Below are positions 49,685 through 61,284 of a DNA stretch of 64,000 bases, piece by piece. The position numbers and the translations under genes were made by a program. Origin of the DNA: Pseudomonadota bacterium (GTDB lineage: Bacteria; Pseudomonadota; Gammaproteobacteria; Burkholderiales; REEB80); assembly GCA_018971485.1 (NCBI GenBank), contig JAGXAQ010000001.1, positions 67,371 through 131,370 of the forward strand, written 5' to 3'. Numbering within the stretch: the stretch's first letter is position 1; each line of letters starts with the position of its first letter. Under the pieces are notes generated by a model that was not told the DNA's origin, did no database searches, and saw only the letters and a program-made list of their open reading frames with translations.

Positions 49685-49716
49685 AGCCGGCCCCTTTATT
49701 TACAAGGGGCCAGCTT
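49685..49716. terminator. GC-rich hairpin between convergent btuB and ugd
   Basis: GGCCCCTT-TATTTAC-AAGGGGCC (8-bp stem, extendable). It has no clear U-tract on either side, so terminator function is inferred from position. Confidence 0.45.
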
Positions 49717-49728
49717 GGTCGCATGGGT

Positions 49729-51057
49729 TCATGGCATACGCCGACCTATCGCATGATATTCAAAACCTGCCCTCAGCATCTCCTGCGGTTCATAAAGATT
49801 TCGCCCATCAAAAATAACAGGTTGCCTTAATTTTGAAGCAATCAGAAAAAAATCAGGGCTTTGAAAACTTTTCCATTCCGTAACAATAATCAAGGCATCT
49901 GCAGATTCAAGCGCATCCATAGCCGAGACAGAATAAGTCAGCCCCTGGTTGTCCTTAAAAACTCTCCGGGCCTCTTGCATGGCCGCGGGATCATAAGCAC
50001 AAATTGTGGCTCCATGCTTCAAAAGACGGGTTATAACAGTACGGCTGGGGGCTTCACGCATATCATCAGTATTCGGTTTAAACGCCAACCCCCACAGCGC
50101 AAATCGCAGCCCTTTAAGGTCTTGCCCAAAACGCTGCAATACCTTATCCACAAGCACATGTTTCTGCTCTTCATTCACCTGTTGAACAGCATCAATAATC
50201 CTAAGCTTAACCCCTTCATCAAGAGCCCGACGCTGAAGCGCCTGTACATCTTTCGGAAAACAGGAGCCTCCATAACCACACCCGGCATAAAGGAAATGAT
50301 ACCCTATGCGAATATCTGACCCCACCCCTTGCCGGACATGTTCAATATCTGCACCCAGTTTTTCTGCAAGCTGTGCCAACTCATTCATGAAAGAAATCCG
50401 GGTGGCCAGCATGGCATTAGCGGCATACTTGGTTAATTCTGCCGAACTGATATCCATCACCAGGACTCGTTCGTGATTACGCTGGAATGGAGCATATAAC
50501 GCACGTAACCGCTGGATTGCGGCGTCATCATCAGCGCCGATAATAATTCGATCAGGACGCATGAAATCTTCAATAGCAGCGCCTTCCTTAAGAAACTCTG
50601 GATTAGATGCGACACTGAATGAAAGCTTCAGGCCACGATTCTTGAGTTCTTCCTGGACAACTGCTTTGACACGAGATGCTGTTCCTACGGGAACCGTGGA
50701 TTTGTCAACTATTGTAAGATCATGCGTCATATAGCGCCCAATATTGCGGGCAGCGGTTAGTACATATTGCAAGTCTGCTGAACCGTCTTCATCAGGTGGG
50801 GTGCCTACAGCAATAAACTGTAAAATTCCATATTGAGCACTTTCCTCTATATCAGTCGTAAACCTTAGGCGACCTTCCCGACAGTTTTTTTGCACCATGG
50901 CTTCCAATCCAGGCTCAAAAATGGGAATCTCGCCGCCATTAAGCATATCAATCTTACGCGGATCCACATCCAGACATAACACTTCATTGCCCATTTCAGC
51001 AAGGCAAGTCCCCGTCACGAGCCCGACATAGCCAGTACCGACAATCGTAATTTTCAA
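49729..51057 (-). CDS. ugd: UDP-glucose 6-dehydrogenase
   Basis: 442 aa with [16 protein letters not shown] and [10 protein letters not shown]. Confidence 0.9.
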   Translation of the reverse strand: MKITIVGTGYVGLVTGTCLAEMGNEVLCLDVDPRKIDMLNGGEIPIFEPGLEAMVQKNCREGRLRFTTDIEESAQYGILQFIAVGTPPDEDGSADLQYVLTAARNIGRYMTHDLTIVDKSTVPVGTASRVKAVVQEELKNRGLKLSFSVASNPEFLKEGAAIEDFMRPDRIIIGADDDAAIQRLRALYAPFQRNHERVLVMDISSAELTKYAANAMLATRISFMNELAQLAEKLGADIEHVRQGVGSDIRIGYHFLYAGCGYGGSCFPKDVQALQRRALDEGVKLRIIDAVQQVNEEQKHVLVDKVLQRFGQDLKGLRFALWGLAFKPNTDDMREAPSRTVITRLLKHGATICAYDPAAMQEARRVFKDNQGLTYSVSAMDALESADALIIVTEWKSFQSPDFFLIASKLRQPVIFDGRNLYEPQEMLRAGFEYHAIGRRMP

Positions 51058-51211
51058 TATTAATCCATCCTATAATTGGAAGCTCTGGTTAACTATAAAT
51101 CTTAATATGTTAATGTCACATTGTATCAAATGCAGATATTCGCCGCAGCAGGCGAGAACATCAGAGATCAGTTATAATTTTGCCATCTTTATCCAAAAAA
51201 CGGCCGAAAAG

Positions 51212-52966
51212 TTGAATACCCCTTCCAGTGGAAAAAAACTCTATCACAGATTACTCCGTCATGTAGTTCCTTATTGGCGTATCTTTGGACTATCAGTTTT
51301 AAGCACCATCGTCTATGCAATAACTGAACCCGCCATCCCTGCGCTACTCAAACCGCTACTTGATGGAAGCTTCGTCCATAAGAATCCATCTCTTCTGCAT
51401 CTGATCCCAATCGTACTTATTTCCCTATTTCTTGTACGGGGTATAGCCAGTTTTCTGTCCAGCTACTCACTCGGCTGGATAGCCAGCCGATTAGTCATGG
51501 ACTTGCGTAATCTTATGTTCCACCAATTACTTCGGTTGCCCAGCAGCTATCATGATGAACACTCATCAGGAGAGCTGATTGCAGATATTGCCTTTAACGT
51601 TAACCAGGTCACTGATGCAGGAACTTCAGCTGTATCCATTCTTGTACGGGATTCCTTCACTATTATTGGCCTGCTCGCCTGGATGCTCTATCTCAACTGG
51701 AAGTTAACACTCATTACTTTTGCAGTTATTCCACTCATCTATCTTGTCGTCAGGCAGGCTTCGGCACGTTTACGAAGTATGAGCCTTAAGACCCAGTCTA
51801 ATCTGGGAGATTTAACCCATATTCTGGAAGAGGCTATAGCCGGCCAGAAAGTTGTCAAGATTTTTGGCGGAGAAAACCGGGAATATGAACGATTTGTCGA
51901 AGCCAGCAACTGGTCAAGACGGTTTACAATGAAACGCCTAGCGGCTTCAGCTGCAAATGTCCCTATCGTCCAGATTATTTCAGCAATTGCCTTGTCTGGG
52001 ATCATTTATGTGGCAACCAAGCAAGCCATTGATAACCATACAACTGTTGGAGGATTTGTAAGTTTTATTACTGCCATGCTTCTTCTTTTTTCCCCAATCA
52101 AACGTTTAACTAGCGTCAACGATACTCTTCAGCGGGGCTTGGCTGCAGCACAGACAATTTTTACACTATTGGATGCTTCCCCTGAAAAAGACACAGGATA
52201 TCTCCAACCCAAACAAATCCAGGGAGCTCTACAATTCAAAAATATATCTATCCACTATCCTGGAACCCATACACCTGCTCTTAATAAACTTAATCTAGAA
52301 ATTAAGGCAGGAGAAACCATTGCTCTTGTCGGCCCGTCGGGTAGTGGGAAAACGACGCTAGTCAACCTGATCCCAAGATTTTATATCCCTGAAGAGGGCG
52401 ATGTCTTTCTAGATGGGGTTCATCTTAACGATATCACGCTGACCCACCTGCGTTCACATATTGCCATGGTTAGCCAGGATATCGTGCTTTTTAACGACAC
52501 TATTCACAACAATATCGCCTATGGTGGCCAGATAAATGCCAGTACAGAAGAGGTTATCAAAGCTGCCCGCATGGCAAATGCCGAGGAGTTTATTCTGCAG
52601 TTACCACAAGGTTACAACACACTCGCTGGAGAGAATGGAGCCAAACTATCTGGGGGGCAGCGACAAAGAATTGCTATCGCCCGGGCATTGCTCAAGAATG
52701 CACCCATCCTGATTCTGGATGAAGCAACATCAGCATTGGATATGGTATCGGAGCGACAGGTCCAAACAGCTTTGGATTTACTGATGAAACAGCGAACTAC
52801 CCTCGTCATCGCACATCGCCTCTCAACCATTGAAAAAGCGGATCGAATCATTGTTCTGCAAAATGGGCAGATCGTAGAAACTGGAACCCATCAGGATCTT
52901 CTCGACAGACATGGTATCTATGCCCATCTCTACCAGGTTCAACTTGCACACTCTTCTATGGAGTAG
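51212..52966 (+). CDS. msbA: Lipid A export ATP-binding/permease protein MsbA
   Basis: The ORF is open from ATG 51107. TTG 51212 (LNTPSSGKKLYHRLLRHVVPYWRIF) aligns in length with the E. coli MsbA N-terminus. Motifs are Walker A GPSGSGKTT, LSGGQRQR and ILILDEATSALD. The start is uncertain. Confidence 0.85.
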   Translation: MNTPSSGKKLYHRLLRHVVPYWRIFGLSVLSTIVYAITEPAIPALLKPLLDGSFVHKNPSLLHLIPIVLISLFLVRGIASFLSSYSLGWIASRLVMDLRNLMFHQLLRLPSSYHDEHSSGELIADIAFNVNQVTDAGTSAVSILVRDSFTIIGLLAWMLYLNWKLTLITFAVIPLIYLVVRQASARLRSMSLKTQSNLGDLTHILEEAIAGQKVVKIFGGENREYERFVEASNWSRRFTMKRLAASAANVPIVQIISAIALSGIIYVATKQAIDNHTTVGGFVSFITAMLLLFSPIKRLTSVNDTLQRGLAAAQTIFTLLDASPEKDTGYLQPKQIQGALQFKNISIHYPGTHTPALNKLNLEIKAGETIALVGPSGSGKTTLVNLIPRFYIPEEGDVFLDGVHLNDITLTHLRSHIAMVSQDIVLFNDTIHNNIAYGGQINASTEEVIKAARMANAEEFILQLPQGYNTLAGENGAKLSGGQRQRIAIARALLKNAPILILDEATSALDMVSERQVQTALDLLMKQRTTLVIAHRLSTIEKADRIIVLQNGQIVETGTHQDLLDRHGIYAHLYQVQLAHSSME

Positions 52967-54008
52967 CCAGTAAACGGTCTACATGCGCTTTAACCATGTC
53001 CACTCCTATCAAATTCATGGCTCCTGGCTGACGTACACGCGATCCAAACGGAACCTGCTCCATGGATCGTCTATCCATAGTAATCACCGCATCTGGATAA
53101 CGATTCACCACATTATCAATCTGGTGCCACGGACCTGTGCTGTAAGGGTTAGAAACAGCATATAGACCAATAACCGGCACTCGCAATATATCTGCCATAT
53201 GGACAGGCCCTGTATCTGGGGCTATCAGGAGCTTTGCTCCCTGAATTAGGGCCAGTAATTCCTGCAAACCCAATCTTCCGCTGAAATCAACGCTTCCTGG
53301 AGAAGCATTAACCACCTCTGCAACCAAAGAACGTTCATGAGGATGATTGCCTCCCGTTACAATCACAACTAGCCCCCTATGTTGAAGGTAACGTGCCAAT
53401 TCCGCATACCGCATAGAAGACCAGTTTCTTGCAGCATCACTTGCTGCAGGATGAATTACAGCATAATTGCCCATACAACCAAAAGAACTGAATAACCGAT
53501 GGATAGATTCATAGGCTTGGGGCAAAACAGGTAAACGCCAATCTTCATCAATTGGGATCACCCCAAGATAACGCGCAAAATCCAAAAAATTTTCCTGGGC
53601 ATGTTGCCGGGGATTTGACTCCAGATGAACGTTTGTCACCCAATACTGCCCTTCGCGCGAACGCATCCTGTCATAACCTAATTTATGCCTTGCAGAAATG
53701 AAGGGGGCGAGCAGGTTAGCTCTGAACGTCGGCTGCATATGCAACAGCCAGTCAAAAATCCTCCCTTTCAGGTCCCGTTTCAGGTTCAGGTACTCAGATA
53801 AGCCCGCAGTTTTATCAAATGTAATAAATTCAATATCCTCAACAGCTGCAAGCAATTCCCTACCCTGTACCCCAATAATCCAAGTCAGATCTACATCAGG
53901 CCATACCCGTTTCAGCGCATAGGCGATCGGCAAGGTTTGAACCAAATCTCCCAGGGCAGATAACCTAAGAAGACAAAAGCTGTCGTGATCCATAGAAAAA
54001 GCTGGCAT
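52956..54008 (-). CDS. ADP-heptose:LPS heptosyltransferase family protein (GT9)
   Basis: 350 aa with LRLSALGDLVQTLP and a C-terminal DTGPVHMA motif. Sits between msbA and waaA. Confidence 0.75.
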   Translation of the reverse strand: MPAFSMDHDSFCLLRLSALGDLVQTLPIAYALKRVWPDVDLTWIIGVQGRELLAAVEDIEFITFDKTAGLSEYLNLKRDLKGRIFDWLLHMQPTFRANLLAPFISARHKLGYDRMRSREGQYWVTNVHLESNPRQHAQENFLDFARYLGVIPIDEDWRLPVLPQAYESIHRLFSSFGCMGNYAVIHPAASDAARNWSSMRYAELARYLQHRGLVVIVTGGNHPHERSLVAEVVNASPGSVDFSGRLGLQELLALIQGAKLLIAPDTGPVHMADILRVPVIGLYAVSNPYSTGPWHQIDNVVNRYPDAVITMDRRSMEQVPFGSRVRQPGAMNLIGVDMVKAHVDRLLATP

Positions 54009-54051
54009 AATAGAATATCAATGAAGCCGATTGTAGCTGTTCACACTGCAA

Positions 54052-55332
54052 TTGCATACGATCCCCAAAGAAATGAACAAACGCAGCTGGCGAATCACCC
54101 TTTACTCATGTTTGCTGTATCTTCTGGCTCCTTTTGTTTTAGCCAGGCTGCTTATCCGCGGTCGTTCACAACCAGGCTACCTTAAATTTCCACAACAACG
54201 GTTTGGGTACGGCTATCCAAAGGTAAATGCTCCAATAATCTGGATTCATGCCGTATCCGTAGGGGAAACCCGTGGCTCCTTACCACTTGTTGAAGCACTT
54301 GAACAACTTTATCCCAACCATACCCTGCTTCTGACTCACATGACAGCTGCCGGCTGGGATACAGGCCAGGGCCTGCTTGGTAACCGTGTTATCCAATGCT
54401 GGCTTCCCTATGACCTGCCAGGAGCCTGCAGAAGATTTCTCAGCCATTTTTCACCCCATGCGGGCCTATTGCTAGAAACAGAGATCTGGTTCAACCTAAT
54501 CAATTACGCACAACAAACACACACGCCTATTTTTCTTGTCAACGCGAGGCTTTCAGAATCCAGTCTCAATAAGTATAAGCATTTTAAGCGTCTTTCTTGC
54601 GAGGCCCTTTTAAGTCTGCATGGAATCATAGCCCAAAGTCATGATGATGCAGCTCGATTCAAACAACTCGGTGCCGCAGATATATGTGTAGCAGGAAATA
54701 TCAAATTTGATATTTCCCCACCTGATGATATTCAGGATCTCATCGATCATTTCCGCTCTCTGATTGGTAACAGACGAATCTGGCTTGCTGCCAGCACCAG
54801 GGAAGGAGAAGAAAAAATAATCCTTAACATTGCCAAACAGTTACCGGAAGGAATCTTGACAATCATTGTGCCGCGTCACCCCCAAAGATTTAGTGAGGTT
54901 GCTCATTTAATCAAATCATCAGGATTCAGGATGCAGCAACGCAATGATAAAGATGAAGTTGAGCCTTCGACTCAAATCTGGCTAGGAAACAGTATGGGGG
55001 AGATGTATGGCTATTATGGCATCAGTGATCTGGCACTAATCGGTGGAAGCTTATTACCGTTTGGGGGGCAAAACTTAATTGAAGCTGCTGCAGTGGGCAC
55101 CCCCACTTTAGTGGGGGCTTACACTTTTAATTTCAGCCAGGTCGTTCAAGATGCCATAAAAGCAGGTGCAACCATACAAGTCAGTAATCCAGACGAGTTT
55201 GTGCCGCTAATCACTGAACTATTTAACACCCCAAACAAATTGCATAAGATGCAAATTGCGGCAAAGAACTTTACTCGCAATCATATGGGTGCAACAAACC
55301 GCATCATGAAATACATTCAAGAACGTCTATAA
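54052..55332 (+). CDS. waaA: 3-deoxy-D-manno-octulosonic acid (Kdo) transferase
   Basis: 426 aa with WIHAVSVGETR and GGSLLPFGGQNLIEAAA. Confidence 0.9.
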   Translation: MHTIPKEMNKRSWRITLYSCLLYLLAPFVLARLLIRGRSQPGYLKFPQQRFGYGYPKVNAPIIWIHAVSVGETRGSLPLVEALEQLYPNHTLLLTHMTAAGWDTGQGLLGNRVIQCWLPYDLPGACRRFLSHFSPHAGLLLETEIWFNLINYAQQTHTPIFLVNARLSESSLNKYKHFKRLSCEALLSLHGIIAQSHDDAARFKQLGAADICVAGNIKFDISPPDDIQDLIDHFRSLIGNRRIWLAASTREGEEKIILNIAKQLPEGILTIIVPRHPQRFSEVAHLIKSSGFRMQQRNDKDEVEPSTQIWLGNSMGEMYGYYGISDLALIGGSLLPFGGQNLIEAAAVGTPTLVGAYTFNFSQVVQDAIKAGATIQVSNPDEFVPLITELFNTPNKLHKMQIAAKNFTRNHMGATNRIMKYIQERL

Positions 55333-55380
55333 ACATCGCATCCTCGTTCGTTGAACGCTTGCCAAACAAAAAACAGGTTA

Positions 55381-56037
55381 TCAAAATACAAATCTCTTAG
55401 GTTGTACCGCATTAATGAGTGGCAGAACAGAGGTTTCGAATAAATCAGTAACCTTGCGGTTTCCCATCCCGATTTTTTGAATACGCTGGACATGCATCAC
55501 AGGCGCATCTCCCAAGATGGCAATAAGCCTTCCTCCGGGATTAAGCATCTCAACCAACTCTTCCGAAAGAATAGGCTCAGACCCTGTCATAATTATGGCA
55601 TCATAAGGCGCCTTGGCTGCCCAGCTTCTCGAGGCATCTCCTGTTTCAAGGACAACATTCGTAATACCCAACTGATTTAATTGTTTAAAAGCCCTATCAG
55701 TAAAATCAGAAAAAATATCAACGCTCACAACCTGTTTAGCCATATGAGATAACAAGGCTGTCATATACCCTGTTCCCGTGCCTACCTCAAGCACTTTGTC
55801 ATCCTTACCCAGAAGGGCTTCTTGCAATAATCTAGCCTCTAGTTTTGGCTGTAGCATAACCTGTCCATGACCAATGGGTAATTCTACGTCAGCAAAAGCC
55901 AGGTCCTTGCTATCTTCCGGGACAAAGTTCTCACGTTTAACCTGAAGCAGCAGTTCCAAGACCACTGGATTCAAAACCTCCCAGGTTCGAATCTGCTGTT
56001 CAACCATATTAAAGCGGGCTTGTTCAACATTCATCAT
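55381..56037 (-). CDS. pcm: Protein-L-isoaspartate O-methyltransferase family protein
   Basis: The ORF track gives 55381..56097; Met21 is the likely start. SAM motif is VLEVGTGTGYMTALL. Confidence 0.75.
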   Translation of the reverse strand: MMNVEQARFNMVEQQIRTWEVLNPVVLELLLQVKRENFVPEDSKDLAFADVELPIGHGQVMLQPKLEARLLQEALLGKDDKVLEVGTGTGYMTALLSHMAKQVVSVDIFSDFTDRAFKQLNQLGITNVVLETGDASRSWAAKAPYDAIIMTGSEPILSEELVEMLNPGGRLIAILGDAPVMHVQRIQKIGMGNRKVTDLFETSVLPLINAVQPKRFVF

Positions 56038-56234
56038 AATATAGCGACCTTTGCATCTCCTAGCGATACAAAGGAACTCTCCTTTTAAAAAACACACACC
56101 ACAATCAGGCCATTATCAAATTTAATGTATCTAACGTTAAGCCAGCCTGACACTTATCCAGCCTTAAACTATCCTGACTCAATCAGGTTCAACTTGCAAT
56201 TTTGCCACAATTTTAGTACCTTCTCATCTTAAAG

Positions 56235-56314
56235 CTAGGGGTCCTCGTTATTTAAAATGGCGGGGTGAGAAAAACCCTTTGAACCTGATCCGGATAATGC
56301 CGGCGAAGGGAAGC
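56235..56314 (+). promoter_or_regulatory. TPP (THI-box) riboswitch
   Basis: CUAGGGGUCC...GGGGUGAGAAAAACCCUUUGAACCUGAUCCGGAUAAUGCCGGCGAAGGGAAGC is near-identical to the E. coli thiC THI element, with a CCGG/CCGG covariation. It is followed by hairpin GCATCATTTTGATGC and SD AAGGAGAG before thiC. Confidence 0.95.
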
Positions 56315-56341
56315 ATCATTTTGATGCTCTCGCCGTCATGA

Positions 56342-58231
<1,890 letters not shown>

Positions 58232-58281
58232 TTGCCTAAAACCTGATTCAAGATGAGGACATCAGCTAGGTCAAAATTGAA

Positions 58282-58707
58282 TCAGGTAGCACCACCAGAT
58301 ACAATCAGATCATCGCATTCCTTAATATTAGCCAGATGCGATATTTCCATCTCCTTAAGACTTTTCCTTATTTCCATATCCTTGATTTTTGGGATCCATT
58401 CAGGGATTTTTCGTGCAACCCACGATTGCCCCCGATTCAAGAACTGCAAACGTTCCTGCGCATTCTGGATAGCTAGTGCTTTTCCCAGAAAATCTCCTGT
58501 TTCATGGCTAGGCACACCACCAGCATGATGGAGCAAAGCAATTAAAATAGAACAGTTACGAGCCTCATCACGTTGCATTTCTCTTAATTTATTCCAGGTA
58601 TTGCTTTGCTCGGGATAAGCCAACATAAACTGTGCAATCACTTTCGCGCCAGCTCTTTCCGCCTTAAGCAAGGTGTTCAAAAAGGCAATCACTTCCTCTG
58701 ATTCCAT
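58282..58707 (-). CDS. Hypothetical all-helical protein (uncharacterised DUF; family not confidently identified)
   Basis: 141 aa with LNTLLKAERAGAKV...QRDEARNCSILIALLHHAGG...FLNRGQSWVARKI. It is co-oriented with the 5-FCL family gene and lies 12 nt downstream of it. Confidence 0.5.
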   Translation of the reverse strand: MESEEVIAFLNTLLKAERAGAKVIAQFMLAYPEQSNTWNKLREMQRDEARNCSILIALLHHAGGVPSHETGDFLGKALAIQNAQERLQFLNRGQSWVARKIPEWIPKIKDMEIRKSLKEMEISHLANIKECDDLIVSGGAT

Positions 58708-58719
58708 ATCATTTTCCTT

Positions 58720-59415
58720 TCAATGGGCAAGCCCTAACTCATCCTCTGTAAACCGGCTTTGTATAGCATGGGGCACTTCTTCAGGCTGAACCCTTTTTAA
58801 GCCCTGCTTCATTGGTGCATAAATTCCGGACTCTGTTACAATAAAATCCATAGGAATATCATGCTCTAATGGATATATCGTCTCCATATGACACAAATCA
58901 AACGCAACCCCTATTTTTAATGGCATAGCCTTGTCTTTTGCAATCTTGGCAAGCGTCCGATCAAAAAAAGCACCCCCATAACCTAAACGATACCCCTGAT
59001 TATCAAAACCGATAGGGGGGACCAGTAACGCTTTTGGTACCAGCTGCGGTGTTCCCTGAGGTACTGGAATTTCAAAAACACCTGGCTTCATATCCACACC
59101 CGGCCACCAGGCATAGAACTCCAGAGGTTGTCCCAATGAAACAACTGAAGGAAGAGCGACTTTCCCCCCCCTGTCCCGCAACGATTTCACAAAAAATCGT
59201 GAATCAAACTCATTTTTATACGGCCAGCAAAATCCAGTCACCAGATTTGACAAAAATCCAAAAGCAGACAGAAGGTGCTCCGTTATAAGCTTGTTTAGCT
59301 CCTGATGCTCTGATGATCCCATCTGCATCCGACGCAACAAGTAATCCTGACGCTTCTGTTTCCGCCAAGCAAAAATCTTTTCAAGTTCATGTTGTTTCAT
59401 CATTTCTTTCCACAA
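58720..59415 (-). CDS. 5-formyltetrahydrofolate cyclo-ligase family protein (COG0212)
   Basis: 231 aa. GFDNQGYRLGYGGAFFDRTL matches E. coli YgfA GQRLGMGGGFYDRTL. It is longer than typical at both ends. The start overlaps the MarR 3' end. Confidence 0.75.
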   Translation of the reverse strand: MWKEMMKQHELEKIFAWRKQKRQDYLLRRMQMGSSEHQELNKLITEHLLSAFGFLSNLVTGFCWPYKNEFDSRFFVKSLRDRGGKVALPSVVSLGQPLEFYAWWPGVDMKPGVFEIPVPQGTPQLVPKALLVPPIGFDNQGYRLGYGGAFFDRTLAKIAKDKAMPLKIGVAFDLCHMETIYPLEHDIPMDFIVTESGIYAPMKQGLKRVQPEEVPHAIQSRFTEDELGLAH

Positions 59416-59812
59416 GATAGGGTGACATCAACTGTTCTCGAATCATCATGAGTTCGTCGCGATGTTTCTGTGCCAGTCTAGCAATGCATCGTTCCCCACC
59501 AACAGTAAGCCTTATCTCAACAATCCGCCTGTCACACACACTTGATGTCTTATAGATCAATCTACGCTGCTCACAGCGAGAAACAAGCGCTACCACACCA
59601 TGATGATAAGCCTGCAACCTTTCTGCAAGCTCGCTGACAGTTACCCAATCACGTCCTGGATAACCTTTAACCTGTAGCAGCAGCAAATACTGCAGAACAG
59701 TTAACCCCTCTTCCCGTGCAATATTCTCGCTAAGTCGTTCATATTGCCTTAGCTGATAACGAAACCGGGCCAGTGCCTCAAAATCACTTTTGATTAGGGC
59801 TTTATTCTTCAA
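59387..59812 (-). CDS. MarR-family transcriptional regulator
   Basis: 141 aa with a TTG start and a winged-HTH core (VTVSELAERLQAYHHGVVALVSRCEQRRLI). It is a paralogue of the 61285..61695 product. Confidence 0.75.
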   Translation of the reverse strand: MKNKALIKSDFEALARFRYQLRQYERLSENIAREEGLTVLQYLLLLQVKGYPGRDWVTVSELAERLQAYHHGVVALVSRCEQRRLIYKTSSVCDRRIVEIRLTVGGERCIARLAQKHRDELMMIREQLMSPYLVERNDETT

Positions 59813-59843
59813 GTTTTACCCCGCAAAGTTGTATTACAGTAAT

Positions 59844-59864
59844 TTATATCATAATATGATATAA
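59844..59864. promoter_or_regulatory. Perfect 21-bp palindrome, candidate MarR operator in the divergent promoter
   Basis: TTATATCATA-A-TATGATATAA (10-bp arms), centred about 42/45 bp from the two divergent start codons. An ATTACaGTAAT palindrome is adjacent at 59833..59843. Confidence 0.5.
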
Positions 59865-59898
59865 AAAAATACCCGCCTAACCTATAGCAGGAACTGAC

Positions 59899-61071
59899 AT
59901 GCCTAACAAACAGCCTAGTCTTGAAACCATTGCCATACATCTTTTCGAAAATCCGAAACCATTCGGAGCTGTTCGCCCCCCTTTATATGACACCACGACT
60001 TTTTCCTTCAAAGATATCCAGTCTCTAAACGATGCTATCGGGTCAGGCAACACCCATCCCTTTTACACACGATATGGCAGTAACCCTGGAATACTGGCCA
60101 CAGAAAAGAAACTTGCAAAACTAGATCACGCTGATGATGCCCTTTTGTTCTCAGCAGGTATGGCTGCGCTTTCTGCTTTGTTTATCGCTCACGGGAAAAA
60201 CGGCATCTTATGCATTGGTGAAGTTTATGGAGGCACACATACCTTACTAGCCCAGCAACTTACCAGTTTGGGGATTTCTTCACACTTCATGCAATATGAT
60301 CAGATCCCTGAGTTAATCAGCCAATCCTGCATAAAGTATGGACTTGTCTTCTTCGAAACTCCTGCCAACCCCACCCTCAATATCATTGATATTTCCACCA
60401 TAACCAGTTGGGCGCATCAACAAGGAATGCTTGTTGCTGTGGATAACACCTTTGCATCCCCGATCAACCAGCAGCCTATAAAACTAGGAGTGGATTTATG
60501 TGTGCAAAGCGCTACAAAATACCTTGGGGGTCATTCCGACCTGACCGCCGGAGTAATTACAGGGAATAAGCCTGTCTTGGATATAATCCGCCCCTGGCGG
60601 ACCAGTTTGGGGCAGATATGCTCACCCGCCACAGCTCATCTTCTGGATAGAAGCCTTGCCACCTTACCTTTAAGAGTTGCCTGTCATAATGATAATGCCA
60701 TGGCTATAGCGTCCTGGCTTGAATCTCATCCTCAAGTAATCCGGGTCAATTATCCTGGCCTTCCCAATTTTCCAGATCATGCAATCGCAAAAAAACAAAT
60801 GACCGGTTTTGGTGGTATGTTAAGCTTCGAAATCAAGGGGAATGGCAAAGATACTATTCAATTTATCAATAATCTAAATCTTTTTTCTCGCGCACCAAGC
60901 TTAGGCGGGGTAGAAAGCCTGGTATCCCAGCCAAGCAAAACCTCTCACCGACATCTGACTTTCGAAGAAAAGAAGAAAAAAAGGATTCAAGACAATTTAA
61001 TCCGGTTGTCCATCGGACTAGAAAACCATCAGGATCTCCTAGATGACCTTGAGCTCGCCTTTAACCTTTAG
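59899..61071 (+). CDS. Cys/Met-metabolism PLP-dependent enzyme (cystathionine gamma-synthase / beta-lyase / gamma-lyase family)
   Basis: 390 aa with the PLP-lysine motif QSATKYLGGHSDLTAGV. AGGA lies 7 nt upstream of the ATG. Confidence 0.8.
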   Translation: MPNKQPSLETIAIHLFENPKPFGAVRPPLYDTTTFSFKDIQSLNDAIGSGNTHPFYTRYGSNPGILATEKKLAKLDHADDALLFSAGMAALSALFIAHGKNGILCIGEVYGGTHTLLAQQLTSLGISSHFMQYDQIPELISQSCIKYGLVFFETPANPTLNIIDISTITSWAHQQGMLVAVDNTFASPINQQPIKLGVDLCVQSATKYLGGHSDLTAGVITGNKPVLDIIRPWRTSLGQICSPATAHLLDRSLATLPLRVACHNDNAMAIASWLESHPQVIRVNYPGLPNFPDHAIAKKQMTGFGGMLSFEIKGNGKDTIQFINNLNLFSRAPSLGGVESLVSQPSKTSHRHLTFEEKKKKRIQDNLIRLSIGLENHQDLLDDLELAFNL

Positions 61072-61284
61072 TAGGAATCATGCGGTTATAGTTGGCGATT
61101 CCAATAGTTACAAATGTCCATATAATCTTGCAGCCTATTAATTCCATTAATCCCTATTCTCAGAATTAGGTAAACATTATGCTGCGGGCTTTCCTTAAAA
61201 CCACTACCTTAATTAAAAAAAGCTTCTGGTATTTACGTCTTATATCTTCTACTATAACTGCACCTATTGTTTCCTCAACAAAGA

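Noticed and set aside
59844-59864. AT-rich perfect palindrome considered as a dif-like Xer site, given xerC in the window.
   Set aside because: It does not match the GGTGCGCATAA-TGTATA-TTATGTTAAAT architecture. It sits centrally in a divergent MarR promoter, so an operator is the simpler explanation.
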